From Ardenticatenaceae bacterium (GTDB lineage: Bacteria > Chloroflexota > Anaerolineae > Promineifilales > Promineifilaceae): a DNA stretch of 64,000 nucleotides. The DNA lies in assembly GCA_020634245.1 (NCBI GenBank), contig JACKCC010000007.1, positions 484,555 through 548,554 of the forward strand, written 5' to 3'. The notes under the pieces were generated by a model, which did no database searches, had not been told where the DNA came from, and saw only the letters and a list, made by a program, of their open reading frames with translations. Both the position numbers and the translations under genes were made by a program. Below, piece after piece: positions 17,574-27,591 of this stretch (its first letter is position 1; each line of letters begins with the position of its first letter).

Positions 17574-19179
17574 ACTTCACCCCCGCTCCCCCGCTCCCCT
17601 GCGCCTGATCCTGTTTTTTTTCGTTGCCTCCTTACTCCTGTTCAATTGTCAGGTAGTAGAAAGAGCGCTGCAATCGCGTACGGCCGTTACCGATGCCACC
17701 GACACCATCCGTCTCATCGACAGCCAGCCACGGACCCTGGACCCGGCCTTAACGCTGGGCGGCCCTGATGGGCCGTTGGGCCACATCTTTTCCGGACTGG
17801 TTTCACTGGATACCAATTTGCAAATCCAGCCCGAACTGGCGGCGGGCTGGACGGTCAGCGATGACGGGCTGCTGTACACGTTTTATTTGCGCCAGAACGC
17901 GGTTTTTCATAACGGCCGTGTCGTCGCCGCCGCCGACGTCATCTATTCCTGGGAGCGGGCGGCCGATCCGACTACGGGTTCTGATACCGTTCTGACCTAT
18001 TTGGGCGACATTGATGGATTGCAGGCCAAATACGAAGGCCGCGCCGACCATATCAGCGGGCTACGATTGGTTGATGACCATACGCTGGAAGTGCGATTAA
18101 ATGCGCCGGTCGTCTACTTTTTGCAGAAACTGGCCTATCCAGTGGCCTATGTTGTGGATGAACAAAACGTTGCCGAAACCGATTGGGAGCATCATCCCAA
18201 TGGCACTGGCCCATTTCGGCTGGATACCTGGCGTGATGATGATGTGATGATTTTGCTGCGCAATGACAATTATTACCTGGAGCCAGCCCATATCGGCCGA
18301 TTAGTTTACAATCTGGGGCCGGGGCTGCCCTTGTCGATGTACGAAACGGATGAAATCGATCTGGTGGGTATTGGTGGCGATACGCTGGCGCGGGCGTTGG
18401 ACCCCAATGATTCCTTGTCGGCCGATTTACGCATGGGGGTGAGCATGTGTACGTCGGTTATTGGCCTCAATAACCGGCTGGCGCCATTTGACGATGTGCG
18501 GGTGCGCCAGGCTTTTAATTATGCGTTGGACAAGCAGTTGCTAATTGAGACGTTTGCCGATGGAAATGGCCTGGTGGCGACCGGGCCGCTGCCGCCGGGC
18601 ATGCCGGGGTATACGGGCAAGTCGGCCGGTTATCCCTATGATCCGGAGCGGGCCAGACAGCTTATGGCGGATGCCGGGTATGCCAATCCGGCCGATTTCC
18701 CGGTTATCACCTATACGACGGCGGGTTATGGGGATGTGGGGGATTATGTAACGGCCGTTATCACTATGTGGCAGAAAAATCTGGGTATTACGATTCAGCC
18801 GGTTGTCCTCGATCCCTTCACGTATTATGATGAGTTATACGATGGCAACATTGGTCATCTTTTTAGCAGCGGCTGGTGCGCCGATTACCCCGACCCGCAA
18901 AACTTTCTGGACGTGTTGTACCACAGCGATGCGCCACAGAATTTGGGCGGTTACAGCAATCTCGATGTTGATAGGCAGTTGGAACAGGCGCGCGTCGAGC
19001 GGGATGTGTCTGTTCGTATGGCGCTTTACGGCGAAATTGAGCAGGAAATTGTGGCCGATGCGCCGGTTGTGTTCGCGTCGCATGGGGTAACGGCCGTATT
19101 AGTCAAGCCGCGAGTCCAAAACTATGTGCTAACGCCAATCGGTGTGGTTCAGTGGCAGTATGTATCGCTGCGGCCATGA
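17566..19179 (+). CDS. ABC transporter substrate-binding lipoprotein, family 5 (peptide/nickel, OppA/DppA-like)
   Basis: LLLFNC lipobox. Family-5 SBP-like sequence throughout. Confidence 0.75.
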   Translation: MTKLHPRSPAPLRLILFFFVASLLLFNCQVVERALQSRTAVTDATDTIRLIDSQPRTLDPALTLGGPDGPLGHIFSGLVSLDTNLQIQPELAAGWTVSDDGLLYTFYLRQNAVFHNGRVVAAADVIYSWERAADPTTGSDTVLTYLGDIDGLQAKYEGRADHISGLRLVDDHTLEVRLNAPVVYFLQKLAYPVAYVVDEQNVAETDWEHHPNGTGPFRLDTWRDDDVMILLRNDNYYLEPAHIGRLVYNLGPGLPLSMYETDEIDLVGIGGDTLARALDPNDSLSADLRMGVSMCTSVIGLNNRLAPFDDVRVRQAFNYALDKQLLIETFADGNGLVATGPLPPGMPGYTGKSAGYPYDPERARQLMADAGYANPADFPVITYTTAGYGDVGDYVTAVITMWQKNLGITIQPVVLDPFTYYDELYDGNIGHLFSSGWCADYPDPQNFLDVLYHSDAPQNLGGYSNLDVDRQLEQARVERDVSVRMALYGEIEQEIVADAPVVFASHGVTAVLVKPRVQNYVLTPIGVVQWQYVSLRP

Positions 19180-19237
19180 TGGCGGGCAATCTGCCCGCGT
19201 TTCTACAGTAATTCGATTTGTCTAGCCTGGTTCTGTG

Positions 19238-19280
19238 CAGAAAACAGGCTCCTGATAAATTTCAGGAGCCTGTTTTTTTC
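19238..19280 (+). terminator. Rho-independent terminator
   Basis: AACAGGCTCCTGA-taaatt-TCAGGAGCCTGTT followed by TTTTTTT. A weaker hairpin lies at 19183-19200. Confidence 0.65.
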
Positions 19281-19363
19281 GTAAGGTAAATCGTTAGAAA
19301 GCGTTTCTAAACTAAAAATCAAGTAACGGTTTATTCAAGTATTGATACGTACAGGATTACATT

Positions 19364-19522
19364 ATGTCAACCATCACTATCGTTTTGCTTATCTCAGTTT
19401 TTGGCATTTTTCTCTGTCTTAACCCGGTTCGTCGTCGTCCGCAGCATGTTATTCGACGGAAAGAATTGGCGCGAGAACGGGATAAAATGCCGGCCAACAA
19501 GTGGAACGCCGGTAAAGTTTAA
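19364..19522 (+). CDS. Possible small membrane protein (52 aa), below the ORF-track cutoff
   Basis: ATG at 19364. Translates to MSTITIVLLISVFGIFLCLNPVRRRPQHVIRRKELARERDKMPANKWNAGKV, an N-terminal TM helix followed by a basic tail. Confidence 0.3.
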   Translation: MSTITIVLLISVFGIFLCLNPVRRRPQHVIRRKELARERDKMPANKWNAGKV

Positions 19523-19523
19523 T

Positions 19524-19877
19524 CTAATCAGTATTTTGCGCCCGCAGCAGATCGATTGTTTCAACAGCGTGGCGTAAGTGGGGGATAACAATGCTGCCCC
19601 CCACAATTAGGGCGACATTGAGCGCGTCGGTCAGTTCTTCATCATCCCAACCTGCGTTTATGCATTGAATCAAATGATAGTCGATGCAGTCATTACAGCG
19701 CAGAACGGCCGACGCGACCAATCCTAGAAGTTCTTTGGTTTTACCGTCGAGGGCGCCATCCCGGTAAGCGGCCGTATCCAAATTGAAAAACCGCTTTATC
19801 CCCAAATGGTCTAATTCAAAAATGCGCGCGTTCATTTTTTCGCGGTAAGCGCTAAATTCGTCTAAACGGGTGCCCAT
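19524..19877 (-). CDS. Carboxymuconolactone decarboxylase (AhpD-like) family protein
   Basis: LRCNDCIDYH... resembles the CMD-family CxxC/H motif region. Confidence 0.65.
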   Translation of the reverse strand: MGTRLDEFSAYREKMNARIFELDHLGIKRFFNLDTAAYRDGALDGKTKELLGLVASAVLRCNDCIDYHLIQCINAGWDDEELTDALNVALIVGGSIVIPHLRHAVETIDLLRAQNTD

Positions 19878-19886
19878 GATTACTCC

Positions 19887-20096
19887 TCATCCGGGACAGC
19901 GGCCAGGAATGACTATGGCGGCTGCGTCTGAAACCAGTGCGGGCTGGTGACATTGGCGACAAATGGCCTGAAAATGGCGGTTAGTGGCATCTACGGCGTG
20001 CCAATCGCTGATGTCGTGCCCTTCCAGAGCGGCTTCGACCATCGCCTGCATTATGTGGCTTTTGATCCGGCTTGTTGTTTTGAGTTTATTTGTCAT
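19887..20096 (-). CDS. Hypothetical small Cys/His-rich protein
   Basis: MTNKLKTTS...AICRQCHQPALV. In an operon with the CMD-family gene. The start was chosen at the internal ATG with a weak RBS. Confidence 0.35.
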   Translation of the reverse strand: MTNKLKTTSRIKSHIMQAMVEAALEGHDISDWHAVDATNRHFQAICRQCHQPALVSDAAAIVIPGRCPG

Positions 20097-20179
20097 GGAC
20101 TTTATCCTACTTTTCCATATAGACGCAAAAACGGCCGTTTCTGTCACAAGAAACGGCCGTTTCCTCAAAACCTACTCCG

Positions 20180-20572
20180 TTAAGCCAATTTAGCTGTTAA
20201 AAAATGGTCGGCAGCTTCGCTTTGCAGCAAAATCCAGAGCGTGTAAACGCCAACGGCCGTACCCAGTGGGAAGTTGGTCAAATTAATAATGCCCAACACA
20301 GCGGCAGCAATGCGCGCCCACGGCTTGCGCTTCAGCAGTCCGATGCCGGTCAAAATACCGGGCAGAGCCAGGGCTGTAAGAAAGCCGCCAACGGCCGTAG
20401 CGATGACGGGCATGATGCGCACAGCTTCAACGTCGCCGGACACAGCGCCAGCGCCTACCATCACCATCAACACAAATCCGGCAATTAAAATAAGCAGAAT
20501 ATTTGTGACAATATACAGCCATCCCAACAAAGTAATGTGCTGTTCCATTGATTGATATGTTTGTTTGTTCAT
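20180..20572 (-). CDS. Hypothetical polytopic membrane protein
   Basis: AAAAGGA RBS before MNKQTYQ.... Several TM helices. Confidence 0.5.
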   Translation of the reverse strand: MNKQTYQSMEQHITLLGWLYIVTNILLILIAGFVLMVMVGAGAVSGDVEAVRIMPVIATAVGGFLTALALPGILTGIGLLKRKPWARIAAAVLGIINLTNFPLGTAVGVYTLWILLQSEAADHFLTAKLA

Positions 20573-20820
20573 CATTTGCATCCTTTTGATAACAAGAAGC
20601 CACCAAATTGGTGTTGGTGGCTTCACCGTTTGTTGAGAGTTCCCCGATACGATCTTTTGTCCGGTAACAAATTTGAGCCTTTGGTAGTCGATGCGGGCAG
20701 GGAAACGGCCGTTTGCTAACCAGGAGATGGTTTAATTCAAATGTTTAGGTCTCTCAGCAAATTCATAATACAGTACGCAAAATTGCGGTAAAGGTCGCGT
20801 AATCGTTCAATCGCAAAGGT

Positions 20821-20890
20821 GGCAGTCACTTAAGAGCGGGTTGGTTTTGGCCATTACCTTGAGGAAAGAAAAAGTGACTGTCACTTGAAC
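20821..20890. repeat. Copy C (inverted) of the GTGACAGTCAC-type structured repeat
   Basis: The reverse complement reads gcgttcaagtgacagtcactttttc...ggtaatggcc...aagtgactgcc, matching copy B at 34694. Confidence 0.55.
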
Positions 20891-20909
20891 GCTTATAGGG
20901 TTGCAGACC

Positions 20910-21095
20910 TTACACTTCTGGCATCACAATCCACATGATAATGTAAATCAAAATGCCAGGCCCGCCGGCTAATGCCAACAGCACAAACAGAAGCCGAACA
21001 ATCGTTGGGTCCAGATTCATATAATCAGCCAACCCGGCGGCTACACCAGCTACCATTCGATCCGTTGTTGATCTTACCAGTCGTTTTTCGTTCAT
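20910..21095 (-). CDS. PspC-domain membrane protein
   Basis: RSTTDRMVAGVAAGLADYMNLDPTIVRLLFVLLAL...IIMWIVMP is the canonical PspC pattern. Confidence 0.7.
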   Translation of the reverse strand: MNEKRLVRSTTDRMVAGVAAGLADYMNLDPTIVRLLFVLLALAGGPGILIYIIMWIVMPEV

Positions 21096-21382
21096 CGTTT
21101 ATCACCTCATTCTTTATCAGAGTGCCAGAGTGTGGACACTGTCTGTTAAATTCAAATTCACTGTTCATTACGTGCGTAGTTGGCTAAGGTTGCAAATAAA
21201 TCTTCTCGGAAGCTGAATCGGGCTATCTTTAACCAGGCTGCACTCGTCCAATGCTCAACTTGCCAGCTACCGGGAAGTTGCCCTGGCGGGAAAATTCAAA
21301 AATCTTGTAAGGCTGATGTTGACTGGGGATAGTGGTTAAATTGGGGCATAATAGCGCAAAATAACAGGAGTCATGGTTACGT

Positions 21383-22504
21383 ATGCGCAAACGAATCCTT
21401 TTTCTGATGTCTGATACAGGTGGCGGACACAGGGCATCTGCGCAAGCAATTTGTGAAGCAATCGGGTTTCTTTACCCGGATCAATTTGAAATTTTAATTG
21501 AAGATATATGGATGGATCATACTCGCTGGCCATTTAACCAACTGCCTCATTTGTATCCCTGGTTGTCGAGTTCAGGAACGCGCTGGTGGATGGTGCTCTG
21601 GCGGGTGACGCAACGGCCGTTTCTGTGGAAAAGCATCATGCGAATGACGGATTGGGTGACGCGCCGGGGAATCCTTCGTTTTTTAAGAGAGGTTCAGCCG
21701 GATATTGTTGTGTCGGTGCATCCGGCCATGAATCATTTGGGGGTGGAGTGGGTCAAACAAATCTGCCCAGGAGTACCTTTTTACACCGTTATTACAGATA
21801 TGGTCACAGTGCATCCAACCTGGGTATGCCCGGAGGTGACGGGATGTGCCGTGTCTACCCAACCGGCACGGGAGCAAGCAATCGCCGCCGGGATGCCGGC
21901 GGAAAAGGTGGCTGTATGCGGCCAGCCGGTGGGTTTGAAGTTTGCCCATCTCAACGGGGAACGGCCGGTGCTGCGCGCGCGGTTGGACTTGGATGGGGAA
22001 CGGCCGTGTATTCTCATCGTCGGCGGCGGTGAAGGAATTGGCCGGGTATATGACATTGCCCGCTCTGTTGCCCAAACAGTAGAACAGGCGCAGCTCATCA
22101 TCGTGGCCGGGCGCAATAAACACCTCAAACAAAAACTGGAAGCCATTATCTGGGAGATTCCCACGCAAGTTTATGGATTTGTCCAGAATATGTCGGAATT
22201 GATGGGCGCCGCCGATATTTTAGTGACCAAGGCTGGCCCAGGCACAATCAGCGAGGCATTTATTGCCGGGCTGCCCATCATTATTTCCGGTTATATTCCC
22301 GGTCAAGAGCGAGGCAATGTGGATTATGTGCTGGAAAATAATGCCGGCGCTTATGCCGAAGAACCGGTGGAAATTGCCCGGCTGATCAATGATTGGCTGC
22401 ATCCCCAAAATGATTTGCTGGAGCAAATGAAGCAAAATGCAGCCCGGTTGGCCCGTCCTCAGGCCTCTTTGGAAATAGCCCGGCTGCTTTGTGGTCATGT
22501 GTGA
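21383..22504 (+). CDS. GT28 family glycosyltransferase (MGDG synthase/MurG-like)
   Basis: N-terminal LFLMSDTGGGHRASAQAI motif and a C-terminal GT-B nucleotide-binding region. Confidence 0.75.
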   Translation: MRKRILFLMSDTGGGHRASAQAICEAIGFLYPDQFEILIEDIWMDHTRWPFNQLPHLYPWLSSSGTRWWMVLWRVTQRPFLWKSIMRMTDWVTRRGILRFLREVQPDIVVSVHPAMNHLGVEWVKQICPGVPFYTVITDMVTVHPTWVCPEVTGCAVSTQPAREQAIAAGMPAEKVAVCGQPVGLKFAHLNGERPVLRARLDLDGERPCILIVGGGEGIGRVYDIARSVAQTVEQAQLIIVAGRNKHLKQKLEAIIWEIPTQVYGFVQNMSELMGAADILVTKAGPGTISEAFIAGLPIIISGYIPGQERGNVDYVLENNAGAYAEEPVEIARLINDWLHPQNDLLEQMKQNAARLARPQASLEIARLLCGHV

Positions 22505-22647
22505 GTGAAACATCATTCCTGTTAATACGTAAATAGTCTTTATTGCTGACTGAGCTTGTCGAAGCCGCGAAGTCCATCATACGCCAGCTTGCAATAGACC
22601 CGGTCTTTGTTGTTTCGTAAGTAAAATATAAAAAGGATGAGGCGATT

Positions 22648-23145
22648 ATGAGTGTCAATTTGACCAGTGAACAGGTGTGGGAAGAACTGGAAAAGCAGTT
22701 GTTTGCCGTTTTGGGGATGGTAAATGCCAAAAACGAAGCGCGAACGATTGGGATGGTTTACACTGCCCGTGACCATAAAATTTATATGGTTACCGGCAAG
22801 GAAACCTGGAAGGCCCGCTATGTTCAGCAAAATCCCCACGTGTCTATTACAGTACCCATTACCAAACGTATTCCGCTGCTGCCCTGGGTCAAAATCCCGG
22901 CAGCGACCATCACTTTTGCCGGATTGGCTTTGGCAAAGATGATAGATGAGGTGGATGACGGTGTTTTAAGCGCCTTGCTGCGCGGCTTGGAGAACGATCC
23001 GGCAATGCGCGAAAAATCGTGCATCATTGTGGTGGAACCGGTGGGCGATTTTATCACTTATGGCATTGGAGTATCGCTAATGACCATGCGGACGCCGGCC
23101 AGATCGCGGGGGCGAGTGAGTGTTCATCCTGTTGATTTCCAATAG
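22648..23145 (+). CDS. Pyridoxamine 5'-phosphate oxidase-like (possibly F420/FMN-binding) protein
   Basis: AAAAGGATGAGG RBS. Split-barrel-like sequence. Confidence 0.65.
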   Translation: MSVNLTSEQVWEELEKQLFAVLGMVNAKNEARTIGMVYTARDHKIYMVTGKETWKARYVQQNPHVSITVPITKRIPLLPWVKIPAATITFAGLALAKMIDEVDDGVLSALLRGLENDPAMREKSCIIVVEPVGDFITYGIGVSLMTMRTPARSRGRVSVHPVDFQ

Positions 23146-23428
23146 GGAATAAAGTGATATTTTTGTCGAGTGGCGAGTTTGCAAGTACCTGCACCAGAGA
23201 AGATCTGTTACTTGCAGACCTGCATACTTGTGAACTCAAGACACTACAAAATCTCAGATTATGCCCGTTACCAGTACAGTATACGGCTGCGCGGTGTTTT
23301 GGGTTCAAATAGTGCCCATTTTGGGGAATAGGTTCCACTTTTTCGACCAGGATCAAATTCACTGCCCGACGAACGGAAATCGTTTGTAAAGGTTCCATGC
23401 TGGCATTGAGTGAAAGAACGCGCATCAA
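23054..23428 (-). pseudogene. Possible decayed HNH endonuclease gene
   Basis: The first ~31 aa, MRVLSLNASMEPLQTISVRRAVNLILVEKVE, match the conserved HNH-endonuclease N-terminus. The H-N-H/Cys motifs are absent downstream, and the ORF overlaps the 3' end of the preceding plus-strand gene. Confidence 0.3.
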
Positions 23429-23462
23429 ATCCCTGGTTATTTGCAGTGCATTTCATCAAAAA

Positions 23463-23500
23463 AAGAGGCCAGACAACATAGGTCTGGCCTTGGGCAGAGG
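23463..23500 (-). terminator. Rho-independent terminator on the minus strand
   Basis: The reverse complement reads GGCCAGAC-ctatgttg-TCTGGCC then TCTTTTTTTG. No annotated minus-strand CDS lies upstream of it within 200 bp. Confidence 0.45.
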
Positions 23501-23723
23501 GGAGAGAGGGGCTGCTCCGCAGGGAGGATGAAAATAATATTTCCCGCACGTTTCGTAGATTATCAGACGGCCGTTAACAGCAAATTAAGAAGTTGTTACC
23601 GTTTGACTAAGAAATTGTCGACTCACGCCCTGTTAACAGTTTATTATTCTGGCCTTAACCCCCTGTTTAATCACCATTAATGTGAGATTTGTACAGTTTG
23701 AGCCATAACAAATTACAAACAAG

Positions 23724-24362
23724 ATGGTGAACATGACAGTTCAAGAAGTTGATAATTCGCTTATAACCAATGAAATTGTTTTTACCAAGCCCGGATGGGA
23801 AACTCGTCTGGCCCGCTTAATCTCGCACGTGGGCAGCCCTCCGGTTTGGATCGTGAGTATGATGTTGTTGGCAGCGTCTGTTGTGAATGCTGTGATGTGG
23901 GGGGATACGGCCGTATACCTGACCCTCATCCTCCTTATTCCCCTCGCCTACGTTGCTTACCTGGTACAACAGGGTAAAGCCACCGATTTTGACGTGAGTG
24001 TGCGGCGGCAGCGCGTCATCCCGATGTTTGTCTCCCTGGCCGGATCGGTTGCGGGTCTTTTGTACTTTGCTGTCGTGTCCGCGCCCCGTTTGCTCATCAT
24101 GCTGGCTGTTGCTAACCTGATAAGCACCTTCGTCATCGCTGTTGTTACCGTGTTTTGGAAAATTAGCGTCCACAGCGCCACGTCTGCGGCCGGGGCTGTC
24201 CTGTTTTGGGGTTTGTTGGGAACACCGGTCTTTTTCCTGGCAGTCCCCTTAATCATGTGGTCGCGGGTAAAACTAGGGCGGCACACTTTGACACAAACCC
24301 TTGCCGGGGTGTTGTTGGGCATTTCTGTTTTAGGATTGACCTTTCTTTTTGGGAACCTGTAG
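23724..24362 (+). CDS. PAP2-family membrane phosphatase
   Basis: KISVHSATSAAGA ... SRVKLGRHTLTQTLAG are PAP2 motifs KxxxxxxRP / SGH / SRxxxxxHxxxD (partially). The start could be 23733. Confidence 0.65.
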   Translation: MVNMTVQEVDNSLITNEIVFTKPGWETRLARLISHVGSPPVWIVSMMLLAASVVNAVMWGDTAVYLTLILLIPLAYVAYLVQQGKATDFDVSVRRQRVIPMFVSLAGSVAGLLYFAVVSAPRLLIMLAVANLISTFVIAVVTVFWKISVHSATSAAGAVLFWGLLGTPVFFLAVPLIMWSRVKLGRHTLTQTLAGVLLGISVLGLTFLFGNL

Positions 24363-24498
24363 CACCCTGGCCTGACATCTTCTACCCAGTGCTTGCGGCC
24401 TTGCCAATCGCCGGATTCCTCATTGTTTTTATTGATGCACATGATACCATTCCAACTCGATTTGGTTTGAATTTGAGTTGGGAGCGTTTGTGTATTCA

Positions 24499-25656
24499 AT
24501 GAACAATCTTCGTGCATTATTTTCCCTGGACCCTGACGTCGTTTTCCTGAATCATGGCTCATTTGGCGCTACGCCTTTGCCAGTTTTAGAAGTGTATCAG
24601 CAATGGCAGCAGCGTTTGGAACGGCAACCAGTTCGTTTTTTAGCGACAGAACTGCCCGATTTGCTGGCGGAAGCCCGGACGACATTGGCCGATTACGTCG
24701 GTGCGGCGGCCAGTGATGTTGCCTTTATTCCCAATGCGACCTTTGGCGTTAACTTGATTGCTCGTTCGCTGCCGTTAGGCCCCGGCGATGAGGTGTTGAC
24801 AACGGATCATGAGTATGGGGCTTGTGACAATGTTTGGACGTTTTTGAGCCAAAAGCAAGGATTTTCTTACAAAAAACAGCCGGTTCCTTTACCTATACAG
24901 TCACCTGATGAGGTTGTTGACCAGTTTTGGCAGGGGGTGACGGATCGGACGCGGGTGATTTTTATCAGCCATATTAGCTCGGCAACGGCCGTTACCTTCC
25001 CCATCGCTCAAATATGCGCCCGCGCCCGCCAGGCCGGTATCCTAACCATCGTTGATGGCGCACATACCGTCGGCCAGATTCCGCTGGACATGGCGGCCAT
25101 TGACGCCGATTTTTACCTCTCCAACGCCCACAAATGGCTGTGCAGCCCCAAAGGTTCCGCCTTCATGTACGCCCGTCACGAGCTGCATCATCTGCTGGAG
25201 CCGCTGGTTGTCAGTTGGGGCTGGGGCGAAAACAAGCAGTTCAGCTACGGTTCCAATTTGCTGGATTATTTGCAGTGGATGGGAACCGGCGATCCTTCAG
25301 CTTATCTCGCCGTTCCGGCGGCGATAGCCTTCCAGCAAGAGCATCACTGGCCCGACATACGCCGCCAATGCCATGAACTGCTGCGCCAGGCGGTAACGCG
25401 GATAGGCGACCTGACCGGCCTGGAATCACCTTGTCCTGATGACAGTTATTATCATCAGATGGCAGTGGCGCCGCTGCCGGCCATCCCTGATTTGGTCGCG
25501 TTCAAAGCCCGGTTTTACGATACTTATCGCGTCGAAGTGCCGTTTACGGAGTGGAACGGCCGTCAATTCGTGCGTATTTCGGTGCAGGGTTACAATTCGT
25601 CATCCGATATTGATGCTCTAGTGGATGCTTTGAATGAGCAGTTTTTTGCACCCTAA
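24499..25656 (+). CDS. Class V aminotransferase (cysteine desulfurase/isopenicillin-N epimerase-like)
   Basis: VFLNHGSFGATP ... SNAHKWLCSPKG is the PLP-lysine region. Confidence 0.75.
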   Translation: MNNLRALFSLDPDVVFLNHGSFGATPLPVLEVYQQWQQRLERQPVRFLATELPDLLAEARTTLADYVGAAASDVAFIPNATFGVNLIARSLPLGPGDEVLTTDHEYGACDNVWTFLSQKQGFSYKKQPVPLPIQSPDEVVDQFWQGVTDRTRVIFISHISSATAVTFPIAQICARARQAGILTIVDGAHTVGQIPLDMAAIDADFYLSNAHKWLCSPKGSAFMYARHELHHLLEPLVVSWGWGENKQFSYGSNLLDYLQWMGTGDPSAYLAVPAAIAFQQEHHWPDIRRQCHELLRQAVTRIGDLTGLESPCPDDSYYHQMAVAPLPAIPDLVAFKARFYDTYRVEVPFTEWNGRQFVRISVQGYNSSSDIDALVDALNEQFFAP

Positions 25657-25745
25657 ACGGCCGTAATCTGCTATAATCCCTATTCTTGCGTAGAACATAT
25701 GTCTTTATGATTTACCAATCAGTATGATTGGCTTAAGGAGATTCC

Positions 25746-27512
25746 ATGAGCGAACGCGAGTTCCGACTGGAAAACGAATACTATTACAACCGCAGCGGTC
25801 CCAAGCGCTGGATATGGTCACATGTGATACGTTATCCTTTGCTGCCGTTGTTGGTGTTGATTACGGCCGTTATCAACAACTTCGCCTACAGTTACGTCCA
25901 GGTCTTCATTGGCCGGGCGTTCGACGTGATTACCGCCCCGGATTGGGTACCGCGAGCCCTATTTCTGGCGGCGGTTGGCGCTTTTGCTTCCACGGCTACC
26001 CAGGGATTGATGGGGCTGGCCCGCGATTACAGCAACGAATTTATCGCCCAGCGCCTGGAGCGTGATACCCGCGACGAGTTGTACCTCAGTTTGCTGGGTA
26101 AAAGCCAGACCTTCCACGGCAAACAGCGCATCGGTGACATCATGGCCCGCGCCACCAACGACGTGCGCACGCTCAACATCATGTTTAGTCCCGGCATCAA
26201 ACTGGTGCTGGATGGCTTCATGGGTATTGTCGCCCCTATCATATTGATTGGCACGATGAAACCGGCGCTGCTGCTTATGCCCGGTCTGTTCCTCATCGTT
26301 TTCGTTATCACTGTTTGGGATTATGCTCGCCAGTTAAACCCGGTCAGCGAAGCGCTGCGCGAGCAGTTCGGCACGATGAATGCCGGTCTGGCCGAGGCCG
26401 TGAGCGGCATAGAAGTGGTCAAAGGCAGTGCTCAGGAACGACAGGAAGTGGGCAAATTTGTCCAGGATGCGTTCAGCTATCGCAACTATTTTGTGCGCCA
26501 GGGCATCATTCAGGCTCGCTATTTGCCCATGCTGATGTTTGGCATTTTCCGGGCGATGGGGTTGTTTCACGCCCTCTGGCTGTGGCGGTCAGGCGGGCTG
26601 ACGCTGGGGCAGGTGGTTACCTACATTGGTTTGTTTGGCGTTTTGCGATTCCCCACGTTTGTGTCCCTGTTTGCGTTTAATCTGACGCAGTTGGGCATTG
26701 CCAGCGCCCGCCGCATTTTGGAGATGTTGAATGCGGAGACGAACCTAGATGAAAACGAGGCCGGGCACAGCCATCCCATCCAGGGCCGGGTGACGTTTGA
26801 GCAGGTGAGTTTTAGCTACAACGGCCGTTCCGACGCCGCGCCCGTTCTGCAAAATATCAGCTTTACGGTCGAACCGGGCCAGACGGTGGCCATCGTTGGC
26901 CAGACGGGATCGGGTAAAACTACGTTGACCCGCCTGATTAACCGGATATTTGATGCCGATAACGGCCGTGTCCTCATCGACGGCGTGGACGTGCGTGATT
27001 GGAGCCTGGCCTCTCTGCGCTCCCAGATTTCCACCATCGAACAGGACATCTTCCTCTTCTCCATGACCATCGCAGACAACATCGCCTTTGGCTGCGCCGG
27101 TGCCTCCCGCGAGGCCATTGAGCAGGCTGCCAAAGAAGCCCAGGCCCACGATTTCATCCTCGGCTTTAGCGAAGGGTACGAAACCGAAGTCGGCGAGCGC
27201 GGCGTGATGCTTTCCGGCGGGCAGCGGCAGCGGCTGGCCATCGCCCGTGCCTTCCTGACCAATCCGCGTATCCTTATTCTGGACGACAGCACCAGCGCCA
27301 TCGACAGCGCCACCGAAGACCAGATTCAGCAAGCGATGCGCCGCATCAGCCAGCAGCGTACCACCTTCCTCATCACCCACCGCCTGAGCCAGATTCGCTG
27401 GGCGGATCACATTCTGGTCCTCAATCATGGCAAAATCGTTGATCAGGGGACGCATGAGGAACTGCTGGCACGGAGTAAAGCGTACCAGCGTATTTTTGCC
27501 AGATATGACTAA
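25746..27512 (+). CDS. ABC exporter, fused permease/ATPase (heterodimer partner 1)
   Basis: AAGGAG RBS. Six TM helices. Walker A GQTGSGKTT, signature LSGGQRQR and Walker B ILILDD. Confidence 0.85.
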   Translation: MSEREFRLENEYYYNRSGPKRWIWSHVIRYPLLPLLVLITAVINNFAYSYVQVFIGRAFDVITAPDWVPRALFLAAVGAFASTATQGLMGLARDYSNEFIAQRLERDTRDELYLSLLGKSQTFHGKQRIGDIMARATNDVRTLNIMFSPGIKLVLDGFMGIVAPIILIGTMKPALLLMPGLFLIVFVITVWDYARQLNPVSEALREQFGTMNAGLAEAVSGIEVVKGSAQERQEVGKFVQDAFSYRNYFVRQGIIQARYLPMLMFGIFRAMGLFHALWLWRSGGLTLGQVVTYIGLFGVLRFPTFVSLFAFNLTQLGIASARRILEMLNAETNLDENEAGHSHPIQGRVTFEQVSFSYNGRSDAAPVLQNISFTVEPGQTVAIVGQTGSGKTTLTRLINRIFDADNGRVLIDGVDVRDWSLASLRSQISTIEQDIFLFSMTIADNIAFGCAGASREAIEQAAKEAQAHDFILGFSEGYETEVGERGVMLSGGQRQRLAIARAFLTNPRILILDDSTSAIDSATEDQIQQAMRRISQQRTTFLITHRLSQIRWADHILVLNHGKIVDQGTHEELLARSKAYQRIFARYD

Positions 27513-27591
27513 TGTCCGTAAACCGTGTCCCATAAGCTGTAATCCGTGGGAAAACGGATTACGGCTTACGGATTACGAAACAGAGGTAACT

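Noticed and set aside
21586-22168. Internal ORFs on both strands inside the GT28 glycosyltransferase gene
   Set aside because: They are fully contained in a gene with a clear GT-B signature and produce Arg/Gly-rich low-complexity translations.
23957-24562. 201-aa minus-strand ORF overlapping the PAP2 gene
   Set aside because: The plus-strand frame carries recognisable PAP2 phosphatase motifs and TM helices. The minus frame has no domain signature and looks like a GC-rich artefact.
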